Below, in pieces: positions 35,251 through 45,617 of a stretch of 64,000 nt of DNA; positions within the stretch are counted from its first letter, which is position 1, and every line of letters begins with the position of its first letter. Under the pieces are notes generated by a model. It searched no databases. It was not told where the DNA came from and saw only the letters and a program-made list of their open reading frames with translations. Source of the DNA: Bacillota bacterium (GTDB taxonomy: Bacteria > Bacillota > Clostridia > Christensenellales > DTU072). The translations under genes and the position numbers were made by a program. The stretch lies in contig JAEXAB010000003.1 of the NCBI GenBank assembly GCA_023394875.1, positions 364,334-428,333 of the forward strand. The letters run 5' to 3'.

Positions 35251-36831
35251 ATGAAGTTGAAGTTTAAGAGTTTGTTTACCATATTATTAGTCATTCTTTG
35301 CGCTTGCATTTTTTTCGGATGCAATAATTATGACTTTACCAAATTGAACATTGAGTGCGAAAACGTAATCGACGCGCCCGAAGGTGACTATACTCTTATT
35401 TATTCCATTAAGGATTACGAAAAATTCGCTCAAAAGTACGACCTTACCATAAAGGTAAAGGCGTTTGACCAAAACAACGCCGAAGTGGAAGTAAAAAACA
35501 ACCGTACCATAAACGTAAAAAAGGATTACGAATACACAGTAATTGTATATTGCTCTACGTTAATAAAAGAAGAACCGACAACCAAACAAAGACAATTTAC
35601 CGTTAAAGCGGTAAAGAGCCCCCCTTCGGTCAATTTTGTGTTGAAATACGGCACAATTACCCAAACCCACAGGACGATAGTCGTTGACTACGCGGGAAAC
35701 TTAAGTATGGCCGACGTGCCCGAACTTCCCAACTGGTATCCCGACTATAAAGAAGGTATTCAAAAAAATATCATTTCAAAAAAATGGGTGGTAATAATAG
35801 ACGGCAACGAAGAAGACCTTGCGCAGTCGCATTTAGAGAATATCACCACGCAAATAACCGTTTACGGCGTATATGAATTTGAAATAGTTTACGTTAAGTT
35901 GAGTATAAAGTTCAATTCCAACGGAGGCTCTTCGGTAGAGGACATTTCGGGAACGTTGCACCAAACCATTAACCGCCCGAATAATCCCACCAAAGACGGG
36001 GCAACTTTTGACGGTTGGTACGTTGACGCCGACTTAAAAACTCCTTACAACTGGAACGAACAAAGTGTATTTGCCAAAAATATGACGGTATACGCCAAGT
36101 GGTTGGACGTTGTGGGCAATCATATTGAATTTGATAAACTAAATTATACGTTGGCAACCGACGACTACGGCAACAACTACTATTCAATAACCGCCAAAGA
36201 AAGCGCAGAAATACCTACTTTGCTAGTTCTTCCCAACGGTTATAACAATATCCCCATTAAGAGAATCGGCGATAACGCTTTCCAAGGGAAAGGTATTGTT
36301 AGTTTGTATATTCCATCGTCCATAACGATTATTAGCACCGAAGCCTTTATGGATTGCGGAGAACTACTATCGGTAGAATTTGAAATCGGAAACAAAATGC
36401 TTGCTTTAGGTTGGAAAGCCTTCAAGAACTGTACTAATTTAAGTTCCATAATAAATTTACCATCTACCCTTACCGACTTAGGTAAAGAAACTTTCTATGG
36501 TTGTTCTTCTCTTACTTCCTTTGTAATCCCGTCGGGCGTGGATTCTCTTAAAGAAGGGGTATTCAGAAACTGCACGGCGCTTACCGGCATAATAATACCA
36601 GATAACGTGGTGGAAATAATAAAGGACGCCTTTAAGGGTTGTACTTTACTTGAAACGGTCACCATTAATCAAACCTCCAAACTGGAAGCTATAGCTCAAG
36701 GAGCCTTTGAAAACACCGCCGTAACTTCTATTACTCTGCCGTTTTTCTTCGATGGCAAAACCAATCCTTTTGACGGAACAAGCATAACGGTTACTTACCA
36801 TGCAAAAGTAACGGTTGAGGAAGAAGAATAA
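35251..36831 (+). CDS. Surface lipoprotein with one Flg_new-like B-repeat and BspA-type LRRs
   Basis: 526 aa. Lipobox LVILCACIFFGC. The B-repeat reads GATFDGWYVDADLKTPYNWNEQSVFAKNMTVYAKW. LRR units follow, such as IPIKRIGDNAFQG...IPSSITIISTEAFMDC. Confidence 0.85.
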   Translation: MKLKFKSLFTILLVILCACIFFGCNNYDFTKLNIECENVIDAPEGDYTLIYSIKDYEKFAQKYDLTIKVKAFDQNNAEVEVKNNRTINVKKDYEYTVIVYCSTLIKEEPTTKQRQFTVKAVKSPPSVNFVLKYGTITQTHRTIVVDYAGNLSMADVPELPNWYPDYKEGIQKNIISKKWVVIIDGNEEDLAQSHLENITTQITVYGVYEFEIVYVKLSIKFNSNGGSSVEDISGTLHQTINRPNNPTKDGATFDGWYVDADLKTPYNWNEQSVFAKNMTVYAKWLDVVGNHIEFDKLNYTLATDDYGNNYYSITAKESAEIPTLLVLPNGYNNIPIKRIGDNAFQGKGIVSLYIPSSITIISTEAFMDCGELLSVEFEIGNKMLALGWKAFKNCTNLSSIINLPSTLTDLGKETFYGCSSLTSFVIPSGVDSLKEGVFRNCTALTGIIIPDNVVEIIKDAFKGCTLLETVTINQTSKLEAIAQGAFENTAVTSITLPFFFDGKTNPFDGTSITVTYHAKVTVEEEE

Positions 36832-36908
36832 ATATTAACCTTACTTGACTTTTATTGCAAATTTTTGTAACATTTTTATAATAAACTATAAATATACAGG
36901 GGGATATA

Positions 36909-37634
36909 ATGGAAATACTTAATGCGGGAGACAAAGTCATTAATCGTTACCTTTTGCCGGTGGGCGAAGATTATTGCCTTATTGATACAGGTTATAAATG
37001 GTCTTATGAAAGCTTTGTAACCTCTATGAAAAAAATGGGTGTTTCCTTAGAAAAGATAAAATACCTTGTATTGACGCACATACATGCCGACCATGCAGGC
37101 TTTGCCAAAGAACTGTTAAAAAATTATCCCGAAATCAAGCTTATTTATAATGAAAAAGGCAAACCGCGTCTTGAAGCCGGCAAAAACGATATGAACGTTT
37201 ACATATCTTCCCTTACCAACTTGTTTTTGTCCTACGCTAGCGTAATTTTCGTTGATAAAACGCAATGTTTCCCCGCCGTTTTTACCGACAACGTTCTTGA
37301 CTACAAAACCCAGCCGTTATCAGAATACGGCATTGAATTTATAGAGCTTAGCGGTCACACGTCGGCTGATTTGGCGGTAAAATATCAGGATATGCTCTTT
37401 TGCGGAGATATTTGTATGAACGGCATACCCTCAACTAAGCATTTCCCTCTGTGGTTAGAGAATAAATTCGAAGTGATTAAAAGTTGGGAAAAAATAATAG
37501 ATATGAAGGATATAAAAACACTCTACCCTGCCCACGGCAAGCCCTTTGACAAAACAGAACTGTCCAAATATATAGAATACTGGAGAGTTAAAGGCGTTTT
37601 TAAGCTGTTTAAGAAAAAAAGTTATTTGGTTTAG
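36909..37634 (+). CDS. MBL-fold metallo-hydrolase
   Basis: 241 aa with an LTHIHADHAG (HxHxDH) motif. Confidence 0.85.
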   Translation: MEILNAGDKVINRYLLPVGEDYCLIDTGYKWSYESFVTSMKKMGVSLEKIKYLVLTHIHADHAGFAKELLKNYPEIKLIYNEKGKPRLEAGKNDMNVYISSLTNLFLSYASVIFVDKTQCFPAVFTDNVLDYKTQPLSEYGIEFIELSGHTSADLAVKYQDMLFCGDICMNGIPSTKHFPLWLENKFEVIKSWEKIIDMKDIKTLYPAHGKPFDKTELSKYIEYWRVKGVFKLFKKKSYLV

Positions 37635-38290
37635 AGATGGAAATATCTCTTAAATTCTCCCGCTATAATCTTTCTGCCCACAAATAGGCTAACTAACATT
37701 ATAGCAATGGAAAAAGCGGTTACCGTAATACTGGGCCATTTTACCGAAATATCCAAAATATAAGCAACACAGATAGGTATTATACCCAAAATAGTCAGAG
37801 CCAGGAGAGAAATAATATACTTTCTTGCTCTTTTTTTGTTGATTAACATATACGCCGAAAGCAAAATTTCGCTTACGAAATAGACGATAGGTAGCCAAGT
37901 AATAAAAATCCAGTTGTTGCCGTCAAATATCCATCTTACGCTAAATAACAATAAGGTAAGCGCCACCGTCTGCCCGAATACCCGCGCCGTAAAATGCCCT
38001 TGGGAAATAAAAGTAAACCTTACTAAATAATAGATATAAGTTAGACTAATTAGTACCATTACGCTCCACATAAAATCAGGGTTGGTAATAATGTTTACAG
38101 CAATACAAGCAATGACGATAACGGCGGCTATAACGGTATACGCTAAAGAAAACTTGGTATGGAGCCTTTTGTCAACTTTGGGAATAGGAAAAGCCCTTTC
38201 AATGTTGTTATCAGCCTCAACAGGTTCATGGCAAAGAGGACAACGGTCGGTAAGGCAATCTATATGGACGTTGCATTTTTTACAATACAT
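37631..38290 (-). CDS. Zinc-ribbon membrane protein (DUF6320-like)
   Basis: 219 aa. The N-terminus carries CKKC...CPLC, followed by about 5 transmembrane segments. Its start overlaps the upstream acyltransferase-like gene by 11 nt. Confidence 0.65.
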   Translation of the reverse strand: MYCKKCNVHIDCLTDRCPLCHEPVEADNNIERAFPIPKVDKRLHTKFSLAYTVIAAVIVIACIAVNIITNPDFMWSVMVLISLTYIYYLVRFTFISQGHFTARVFGQTVALTLLLFSVRWIFDGNNWIFITWLPIVYFVSEILLSAYMLINKKRARKYIISLLALTILGIIPICVAYILDISVKWPSITVTAFSIAIMLVSLFVGRKIIAGEFKRYFHL

Positions 38291-39563
38291 CGCAATCCTC
38301 CCTAAAATTGCTCACTACTCCTATATCGCCCACTATTTTAGCAAGTTCGGTACAAAAATATCTTTCTATATCGGTGCTTATTATCTTTCTTGTAAAGGAA
38401 ATAACCGTTTTATCCTTATAGGATATTATCCCCATATTTATAGGCGTTTTTGCGCTGCAATTTAGATTAAACATAAAGTGGTTGATTTTATCCCCCGCCT
38501 CAATATTGACGTTACCTAAGTTACTTATAATCATAGTTTGTTTTGGTTTGGTGGAACTGATTCTTCCCACCTTAGAAATAAACGCCTTTATGGCAAGGGG
38601 CAAGTAGCGTAGTAACGGCATTTTATCCATTAGGGAAGTAAAACTAAGCTTGGTTTGAAGTTCCTCAATGGTCAACTGTTCGTTGATTCCGTTTTTTATA
38701 ACTTCTATAAAAGCTTCCAACGTTTTCGGGGTGTTAAAAGGTATAATACACTTTGCAAAAACGGTAAAATTCCCTAAGGTGTCGGAAGGGAACTGCTTGC
38801 GTAAATTAACAGGTATAAAGGCTACCAGATTTTCTTTTTTTGTATCGTAATCGGCAGATTGCGCAACAGAAAGCATAGCCAAAGCCGATATAAACACCGT
38901 AATAGTGGTTTTATAAGCTCTAGCGCTATTAAGTAAGCCTTGAGTGTTGACAGTGGCTTGAATTAGTCCAAAACCGCTACCCGAAAATTGCTTTGACTTT
39001 ACGCCGTAGGCGTAGCCTCCCGCCATTTTCTTAGTGCCCTCTATCAAATCGACTTTCTTATAATATTTTTGAAAAGCGTCTTCAATTTCTCCAGGCTTTT
39101 TTATGGTAGACAAAGTTATTATGCCCTGTTTTGTAATAGGGTCGTTTTTTAGTTTGAAATAATAGTATATTATGGTTTTCAAAAATTCCAACGCGCCGCT
39201 CCCGTCGCAAAGTCCGTGGAAAATGTCCATAAAAATGCGTTTTTTATAATAAGTGACGCGGAAAAGATAATTTCTGTTGTGCCTGAAGTTGAGAATTTTC
39301 AATAACGCTCCGTCATCCTCTTCCACAATGGGAGTAAGGTTGTTTTCATCTAAATAATGACGGAAAAAGCCTCTTTTTAGTTCTACCTTATAAAAAGGAT
39401 ACCTTACCAGAGCCGAATTTAGCGCAGAACTAAGGTGGTCTTTGTCAACGTCTTCGTTAAGACAAACTCCTACGCGGAACAGGCTTTGGGATTTTAAGGT
39501 AATTACCAACGGATAAATCATTGCCGAATTATCCAGTCGGTACCATTTATGTTTTATTATCAT
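38280..39563 (-). CDS. Condensation/alcohol-acetyltransferase-like acyltransferase (HxxxD)
   Basis: 427 aa with DIFHGLCDGSGALEF, the HxxxD catalytic motif of the condensation/WS-DGAT/PapA5-like superfamily. The family call is from memory. Confidence 0.6.
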   Translation of the reverse strand: MIIKHKWYRLDNSAMIYPLVITLKSQSLFRVGVCLNEDVDKDHLSSALNSALVRYPFYKVELKRGFFRHYLDENNLTPIVEEDDGALLKILNFRHNRNYLFRVTYYKKRIFMDIFHGLCDGSGALEFLKTIIYYYFKLKNDPITKQGIITLSTIKKPGEIEDAFQKYYKKVDLIEGTKKMAGGYAYGVKSKQFSGSGFGLIQATVNTQGLLNSARAYKTTITVFISALAMLSVAQSADYDTKKENLVAFIPVNLRKQFPSDTLGNFTVFAKCIIPFNTPKTLEAFIEVIKNGINEQLTIEELQTKLSFTSLMDKMPLLRYLPLAIKAFISKVGRISSTKPKQTMIISNLGNVNIEAGDKINHFMFNLNCSAKTPINMGIISYKDKTVISFTRKIISTDIERYFCTELAKIVGDIGVVSNFREDCDVL

Positions 39564-40945
39564 TTGGATTTTATATATTTGTCTATGGCTGCGGCGGCTT
39601 TTTTACCCATGCCCATTGCCAAAATGACAGTTGCCGCTCCGCTGACAGCATCCCCGCCGGCATAAACCCCTTCTCTACTGGTTAAGCCGTCGGAATCTAC
39701 AATTATTCCTCCCCATTTCTGTGTGGCAAGTCCGTCTGTTGTGTTCTTTAATAGCGGATTAGGGGAAGAGCCTATGGACATAATGACAGCGTCAACGTCC
39801 AAAATAAACTCACTTCCTACTTTTTCTATCGGTCTTCTTCTGCCTGTGGAATCGGGCTCTCCTAATTCCATTTCCGAACATTTCATACCGATAACGTTGT
39901 AATTATCATCCCCCAAAATTTCAATAGGGTTAGTAAGCAGCTTAAAAATAACTCCCTCTTCCTTAGCGTGATGAATTTCTTCGGCTCTGGCGGGCAGCTC
40001 CTTTTCCGAACGGCGGTATACTATATAAACCTTTTCGGCGCCCAGTCTTAGAGCGCATCTTGCCGCGTCCATAGCCACGTTGCCGCCACCTATTACCGCC
40101 ACATTTTTATAGCGGTTAATGGGTGTGTCCGAACCATCCTTATACGCTTTCATTAGGTTAATTCTAGTCAGAAACTCATTGCTTGAGTATACTCCGTTGA
40201 GGTTTTCTCCCTTTATATTCATAAAGTTAGGTAATCCCGCTCCGCTTCCGATAAAAATAGCTTCATATCCTTTCGCCATTAGGTTATCTACCGAAAAAGT
40301 CTTTCCTATTACGCTGTTTGTCTTAATTTCCACGCCCAGTTCTTTTAGGTTTTCGATTTCCTTTTGCACAATGGTTTTGGGCAGACGGAATTCGGGTATG
40401 CCGTACACCATAACGCCGCCCGCAACGTGAAGAGCCTCAAAGACGGTCACTTTATAGCCCATTTTTGCCAAATCTCCGGCACAAGTCAGTCCCGACGGGC
40501 CCGAACCTATTATAGCCACCTTGTGACCGTTAAAAACAGGTTTAGGCAGTTTTTCTTTGCTGTTTTGCATATGATAATCGGCAACGAAACGTTCCAGTTT
40601 GCCAATAGCTACCGGCTCTCCGTTTTTGCCTCTTACGCACATACTTTCGCATTGAATTTCTTGCGGGCAAACTCTTCCGCAGACTGCGGGAAGAGAAGTG
40701 GATTCCTTTAGCACCTTATACGCTACTTCAAAATTTTCTTTGGCTACTTCTCCGATGAATTTTGGTATATCTATCCCAACCGGGCAAGCCGAAGAACAGG
40801 GCTTGTTTTTACAGTTTAAGCATCTTTTTGCTTCGTCGACAGCCTGACTTACGCTATACCCAAGCTCCACTTCGGAAAAATTCTTTATCCTCTCAATCGG
40901 AGACTGCTCGGGCATTTTGTTTTTATCTTTTCTCATGTTATACAT
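39560..40945 (-). CDS. nfnB: GltD-like NADPH-dependent oxidoreductase, probable NfnB subunit
   Basis: 461 aa. N-terminal Cys clusters CLNCKNKPC...CPV and CGRVCPQEIQCE, two dinucleotide-binding motifs (IIGSGPSGL and VIGGGNVAMD), and pairing with an NfnA-like gene. Confidence 0.75.
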   Translation of the reverse strand: MYNMRKDKNKMPEQSPIERIKNFSEVELGYSVSQAVDEAKRCLNCKNKPCSSACPVGIDIPKFIGEVAKENFEVAYKVLKESTSLPAVCGRVCPQEIQCESMCVRGKNGEPVAIGKLERFVADYHMQNSKEKLPKPVFNGHKVAIIGSGPSGLTCAGDLAKMGYKVTVFEALHVAGGVMVYGIPEFRLPKTIVQKEIENLKELGVEIKTNSVIGKTFSVDNLMAKGYEAIFIGSGAGLPNFMNIKGENLNGVYSSNEFLTRINLMKAYKDGSDTPINRYKNVAVIGGGNVAMDAARCALRLGAEKVYIVYRRSEKELPARAEEIHHAKEEGVIFKLLTNPIEILGDDNYNVIGMKCSEMELGEPDSTGRRRPIEKVGSEFILDVDAVIMSIGSSPNPLLKNTTDGLATQKWGGIIVDSDGLTSREGVYAGGDAVSGAATVILAMGMGKKAAAAIDKYIKSK

Positions 40946-40950
40946 AGTTA

Positions 40951-41787
40951 TTATCCTTTTTTATAAAGGTTGCAGGAGTCTTCGCGCTTTTTGTTCTCTC
41001 TGTCGCGGTACTTAACCGAATTCTTAATCGCGCCGTCAAAGTCTACCAGATGTCCGTCAAAATCCGGCCCGTCCACGCAGGCAAACTTCATTTCTCCCCC
41101 GACTCTCAATCTACACCCTCCGCACATACCTGTGCCGTCTATCATAATGGTATTCATGCTTACCGTTGTTTTTACGTTGTATTTTTTAGTTAGCAGAGAA
41201 ACAAACTTCATCATTACAAGGGGACCTATGGCAAAAACTTCGTCATATTCTTCTCCGCTCAAAATAAGCTTTTCCAAAGCGTCGGTTACTAAGCCTTTTG
41301 TGCCGTAACTGCCGTCGTCGGTAACAATAATTAGCTTGTCACTAACTTCCTTCATTTCATCTTCCAATATAAGAAGGTCTTTATTTCTAAACCCTGCAAT
41401 CAAATGTACAACCGTGCCTTGATTATGCAGTTTTTTCGCCACCGGAAAAGCTATGGCGCAACCAACACCCCCGCCGATTACCGCAACTTTCTTTAGTCCT
41501 TTTGTTTCGGTCGCTTTGCCAAGGGGCCCTACTAGGTCTTGTATATATTCCCCTTCATTTACGCTGTTTAATTTTTGGGTAGAAGAACCCACTATTTGAA
41601 ACATTATTCTTATAGTGCCCGCTTCCCTGTCAAAATCGGCAATGGTAAAAGGCACTCTTTCGCCCTCTTCGTCCACCCTCAAAATAATAAACTGCCCCGC
41701 ATCGGCGCTTGCCGCCACGTCGGGAGCTTCTATTACCATTTCGGTAACGAAGTTATTAAGGTTTCTTTTACTTAAAACTTTAAACAT
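40951..41787 (-). CDS. nfnA: Sulfide/dihydroorotate dehydrogenase-like FAD/NAD-binding protein, probable NfnA subunit
   Basis: MFKVLSKRNL... The C-terminal GTGMCGGCR...CVDGPDF is a 2Fe-2S motif. I chose the ATG at 41787 (GGAG RBS) over the TTG at 41799. Confidence 0.75.
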   Translation of the reverse strand: MFKVLSKRNLNNFVTEMVIEAPDVAASADAGQFIILRVDEEGERVPFTIADFDREAGTIRIMFQIVGSSTQKLNSVNEGEYIQDLVGPLGKATETKGLKKVAVIGGGVGCAIAFPVAKKLHNQGTVVHLIAGFRNKDLLILEDEMKEVSDKLIIVTDDGSYGTKGLVTDALEKLILSGEEYDEVFAIGPLVMMKFVSLLTKKYNVKTTVSMNTIMIDGTGMCGGCRLRVGGEMKFACVDGPDFDGHLVDFDGAIKNSVKYRDRENKKREDSCNLYKKG

Positions 41788-41801
41788 AATTTTCTCCAAA
41801 A

Positions 41802-42659
41802 TTATTGGATTTCGGTACTGTTAAACTTCTTTTGCAAAGTCAGATAAAAGCTGTTCTCTTTGGTTTTTATTAGAGGCAGGCTTATATCGCTTACTTTGAC
41901 GTAAAGGGGTGTTTTTTCATTGACGTCGGCGACTTTCTGTCCATCAACAGCAAGTACGGGGTAGCCGTCGTTTCTGATATTAGTAACCAAAATCTTTATT
42001 GTATCCTCATTGCCGACCACTATTGACTTAACCGCCAAAGAATGGGCGCAAATGGGAGTTATTACCAAACTTTTTGCCGAAGGCATAATAATGGGTCCCC
42101 CCGCAGAAAGGTTATAGGCGGTAGAACCGGTAGGCGTTGATATAAGTAAACCGTCGGCGCGCAGTTTTTCTATATGCTGACCGTTAATATCTACCGATAT
42201 TTCCACAATGTGCGGCAAACATCCTCTGTGAATAACCATTTCATTAAAGCCAAGATACTTATTGCCATTGCCGTCGCTTATTTCCAAAGTTATGCGGTTT
42301 TCTAAAGTAAACCTGTCTTCAATAAGCTTATCAAGGGAATCCATAAGTTCGGACGGTTCCACTTCGGACATATATCCAAGATGCCCTAAATTAATGCCGA
42401 TTAGAGGGATTTTACCGTAACCAAGTCTTCTTGCGCTCTCTAAGAAAGTGCCGTCACCGCCGAAAATTATCGCCGCCTCAATTTTATTAAAATCCTTATC
42501 CTCAATAACGTTTATTCCCAAAGGAAGAAGCTGTTCGGCTCTTTCTTTTAGACAAAAAACCGAACAGTTTTTTTCCTTGAGGTAAGAGGTTACTTTCTTA
42601 ACAGCTTCAAAGCAACCGTTTTTTTTCAGGTTAGGGATTATTAAAAATCTTTTTGCCAT
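41802..42659 (-). CDS. nadK: NAD kinase
   Basis: IFGGDGTFL (GGDG motif) and STPTGSTAYNLSAGGPI. ATG at 42659 (MAKRFLIIPN). Confidence 0.9.
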   Translation of the reverse strand: MAKRFLIIPNLKKNGCFEAVKKVTSYLKEKNCSVFCLKERAEQLLPLGINVIEDKDFNKIEAAIIFGGDGTFLESARRLGYGKIPLIGINLGHLGYMSEVEPSELMDSLDKLIEDRFTLENRITLEISDGNGNKYLGFNEMVIHRGCLPHIVEISVDINGQHIEKLRADGLLISTPTGSTAYNLSAGGPIIMPSAKSLVITPICAHSLAVKSIVVGNEDTIKILVTNIRNDGYPVLAVDGQKVADVNEKTPLYVKVSDISLPLIKTKENSFYLTLQKKFNSTEIQ

Positions 42660-42673
42660 AAATTTTCCTTTTA

Positions 42674-43726
42674 TTATACTTTTTCCACCCAATGGAATTC
42701 ATCGGGAAGACGTCCGAATTGGATGCCGGTTATATTATCGTAAGCATAACTGGATATTTTGCCCATTTCGTTGTTGTTTATTATCAAATCTTCCCCTTTG
42801 TAGTGCAATAAACCTACAGGAGAAACAACGGCTGCAGTACCTGTGCCGAAAACTTCGTCAAGCTTGCCTAACCTATACGCTTCCACAACTTCGTCAATGC
42901 TTATTCTTCTTTCTTCTACCTTATAGCCACGGCTGGAAAGTAAGTCTATTACGCTTCTTCTTGTTACTCCGTGAAGGATAGAACCCACCAAAGCCGGGGT
43001 TATTACCACGCCGTCGATTACAAAGAAGATGTTCATAGCGCCCACTTCTTCGATATACTTTCTGTCTTTGGCGTCCAGCCACAAAACCTGGTCGTAACCC
43101 TTTCTGTTTGCCATTTCTCCGGCAAGCAAAGATGTGGCATAGTTACCCATGCACTTGCATTCTCCCGTTCCTCCCAAAGGCGCTCTTACGTATTCTTCCT
43201 CTATCAATATCTTGGTAGGAGCAAGACCGTGGGCATAATAGCTGCCAACAGGGCAAAGTATTACGAAGAAAATATAGTTATGGGCGGCGTGAACACCCAA
43301 AGCCTTGTCATCAGCTATCATCGTAGGGCGGATATAAAGAGAAGTGCCCGGATCGGTAGGTATCCAGTCGCTGTCAATTTTTATTAGCTCTTTTATGCCG
43401 TTTAGTACTGCTTCTTCGTCAAAATTAGGCATGCACAGTCTGGAGGCTGACAAGTTCATTCTCTTCATGTTGTCGCGGGGACGGAACATTGTAATATTGC
43501 CTTGTTTATCCTTATATGCCTTCATTCCCTCAAATATGCCCTGTCCGTAGTGCAGTACGTTGGTGCAAGGCTCCATAGAAAAATCGCCGTAAGGAATAAT
43601 CTCCATTTCCTGCCATTTTCCCTCGGTATACTTCATTACCAACATATGGTCGGTAAAATACTTTCCAAAGCCCAGTTTTGTAAAATCGGGTTTCTCTTTC
43701 TTGTTCTTCGTCAATGTTATTTTCAT
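42674..43726 (-). CDS. ilvE: Branched-chain amino acid aminotransferase
   Basis: About 350 aa with FGKYFTDHM, LHYGQGIFEGMKAY and GECKCMGNYA motifs. ATG at 43726 follows GGAGGTG. Confidence 0.9.
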   Translation of the reverse strand: MKITLTKNKKEKPDFTKLGFGKYFTDHMLVMKYTEGKWQEMEIIPYGDFSMEPCTNVLHYGQGIFEGMKAYKDKQGNITMFRPRDNMKRMNLSASRLCMPNFDEEAVLNGIKELIKIDSDWIPTDPGTSLYIRPTMIADDKALGVHAAHNYIFFVILCPVGSYYAHGLAPTKILIEEEYVRAPLGGTGECKCMGNYATSLLAGEMANRKGYDQVLWLDAKDRKYIEEVGAMNIFFVIDGVVITPALVGSILHGVTRRSVIDLLSSRGYKVEERRISIDEVVEAYRLGKLDEVFGTGTAAVVSPVGLLHYKGEDLIINNNEMGKISSYAYDNITGIQFGRLPDEFHWVEKV

Positions 43727-43744
43727 TTTGCACCTCCACAAAAT

Positions 43745-44359
43745 TTAATATTTCAAATACTTTTTTTCTGTCCAGTTAATTGTTCTTTGTCCGTTGGTAG
43801 CTTTTGCAAAAAGCTGTTCGCTTTCTTCCTTAATACCCAATGGCGCGCTCAATACAAATTCCACATTGTCACCGTAATTGGTATCCAAAACCCTGATTTC
43901 GGTATCCTTAACTAATCTTAATAAGTTCTGATACTCTGCATAACTTGCTTGGCTCTTTCCGATAACGCATTCTTTTTTTGTTATTATCTTTGCGTTTTCT
44001 ATAGCTTGCGCTACCGCTTTGGTATATGCTCCGATAAGTCCGCTGGCTCCTAGCTTAATCCCCCCGAAATACCTTGTTACCACCGCTACTACGTCTGACA
44101 AATTCTTATTCTTCAAGGTTTGTAAAATGGGGTTTCCCGCAGTGCCTTGCGGCTCTCCGTCGTCGGAAAATTTTTGCTCTCCGCCTCTTGAGATTATCGC
44201 ATAACAGTTATGCCTTGCATCGTTATATTTTGCCGATATACCTTTAACGTATTCCATTCCCTCATCAAAGCTGTCAATATTTTTCAAGTTGCAGATAAAA
44301 ACCGAACGTTTTATTTCCAGAGTGGCGGATATAGAACCTTCGATTGTAAGATAATCCAT
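43745..44359 (-). CDS. YigZ / IMPACT family protein (UPF0029)
   Basis: 204 aa with KFSDDGEPQGTAGNPIL and VVTRYFGGIKLG motifs. Confidence 0.85.
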   Translation of the reverse strand: MDYLTIEGSISATLEIKRSVFICNLKNIDSFDEGMEYVKGISAKYNDARHNCYAIISRGGEQKFSDDGEPQGTAGNPILQTLKNKNLSDVVAVVTRYFGGIKLGASGLIGAYTKAVAQAIENAKIITKKECVIGKSQASYAEYQNLLRLVKDTEIRVLDTNYGDNVEFVLSAPLGIKEESEQLFAKATNGQRTINWTEKKYLKY

Positions 44360-45573
44360 TACTTAACTATTACCTTAATATGAACTTTCTTGCCTTTATG
44401 CAATATAAATCCGTTGTTTATATGGCTGTCGGATAGTTCATAGCCGTATTCTTTGACCGTTTCTTCGTTGATTTTTACTCCGCCGCCGTCAATTAGTCTT
44501 TTTGCTTCGCCTTTAGATTTGACTACGTTAAGTTCAACCAGTACGTCGGTTATGTTGCGGGAAGAAAACGTAATTTCCACTGTAGGCATAGAACTTTCGT
44601 CTCCGCCAAACGCTCCCTTTGCTTGGGCTAAGGCCTTGTCCGCTTCTTCCTCGCCGTGGACGATTTTTGTTACTTCATAAGCCAGTCTCTCTTTGGCTAT
44701 ATTCATTCTTTCGTCCATATTGACAGTAAGCGCGTTAATGTCTTCCATTTCCATAAAAGTTAAGAACCGCATGCACTTGTTTACGTCGGCGTCGTCTACG
44801 TTTCTGAAATATTGGAAGAACTCATAAGGAGTGGTCTTTTTTGGATCCAGCCAAACGGCGCCTTTTTGAGTTTTGCCCATCTTCTTGCCTTCGGACGTAG
44901 TCAAAAGTTCAAAGGTCATAGCGTACGCGTTTTTGCCTTCCTTTCTTCTTATTAGGTCGGCGCCTTGTAATATATTGCTCCATTGATCGTCGCCGCCGCA
45001 TTGTAAAAGACAGCCGTATTTTTGGAAAAGTACCAAAAAGTCGTAACTTTGCATCAGCATATAGTTAAATTCAAGAAAGCTCAATCCCTTTTCCATTCTT
45101 TGCTTGAAACATTCCGCTGTAAGCATTCTGTTTACCGAAAAATGCACTCCTATATCTCTGATAAAGTCCACGTAATTAAGATTCAACAACCAATCGGCGT
45201 TGTTAACCATAATCGCGGCGTTTTCCCCTTCAAAGCTAAAGAACTTGGACATTTGTTCCTTAAAGCAAGCGCAATTGTACTCAATAGTTTCTTTTGTCAT
45301 CATGCTACGCATATCGCTTCTTCCCGAAGGGTCGCCTATCATAGCCGTACCGCCGCCAATCAAAATAATGGGCTTGTGACCGGCTTTTTGCATATGGCTC
45401 ATAGCCATCAGCGCCAAAAAGTGCCCGACGTGTAAGCTATCCGCAGTAGGGTCAAACCCGATATAGAAAGGAACCGAAGTTTTGCTTAGCAGTTCATACA
45501 GCTCGTCTTCATAGACCGTCTGCTTGACAAATCCCCTTTCTCTTAGTACGTCCATTATGTTACTCTTGGTCAT
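44359..45573 (-). CDS. tyrS: Tyrosine--tRNA ligase
   Basis: 404 aa with a HIGH-type motif (DSLHVGHF), a KMGKT (KMSKS) motif and a C-terminal S4-like domain. Confidence 0.95.
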   Translation of the reverse strand: MTKSNIMDVLRERGFVKQTVYEDELYELLSKTSVPFYIGFDPTADSLHVGHFLALMAMSHMQKAGHKPIILIGGGTAMIGDPSGRSDMRSMMTKETIEYNCACFKEQMSKFFSFEGENAAIMVNNADWLLNLNYVDFIRDIGVHFSVNRMLTAECFKQRMEKGLSFLEFNYMLMQSYDFLVLFQKYGCLLQCGGDDQWSNILQGADLIRRKEGKNAYAMTFELLTTSEGKKMGKTQKGAVWLDPKKTTPYEFFQYFRNVDDADVNKCMRFLTFMEMEDINALTVNMDERMNIAKERLAYEVTKIVHGEEEADKALAQAKGAFGGDESSMPTVEITFSSRNITDVLVELNVVKSKGEAKRLIDGGGVKINEETVKEYGYELSDSHINNGFILHKGKKVHIKVIVK

Positions 45574-45617
45574 TTTGCCTGCTCCATAAATATTATTATA
45601 AAAGTGTATTAAACTAT

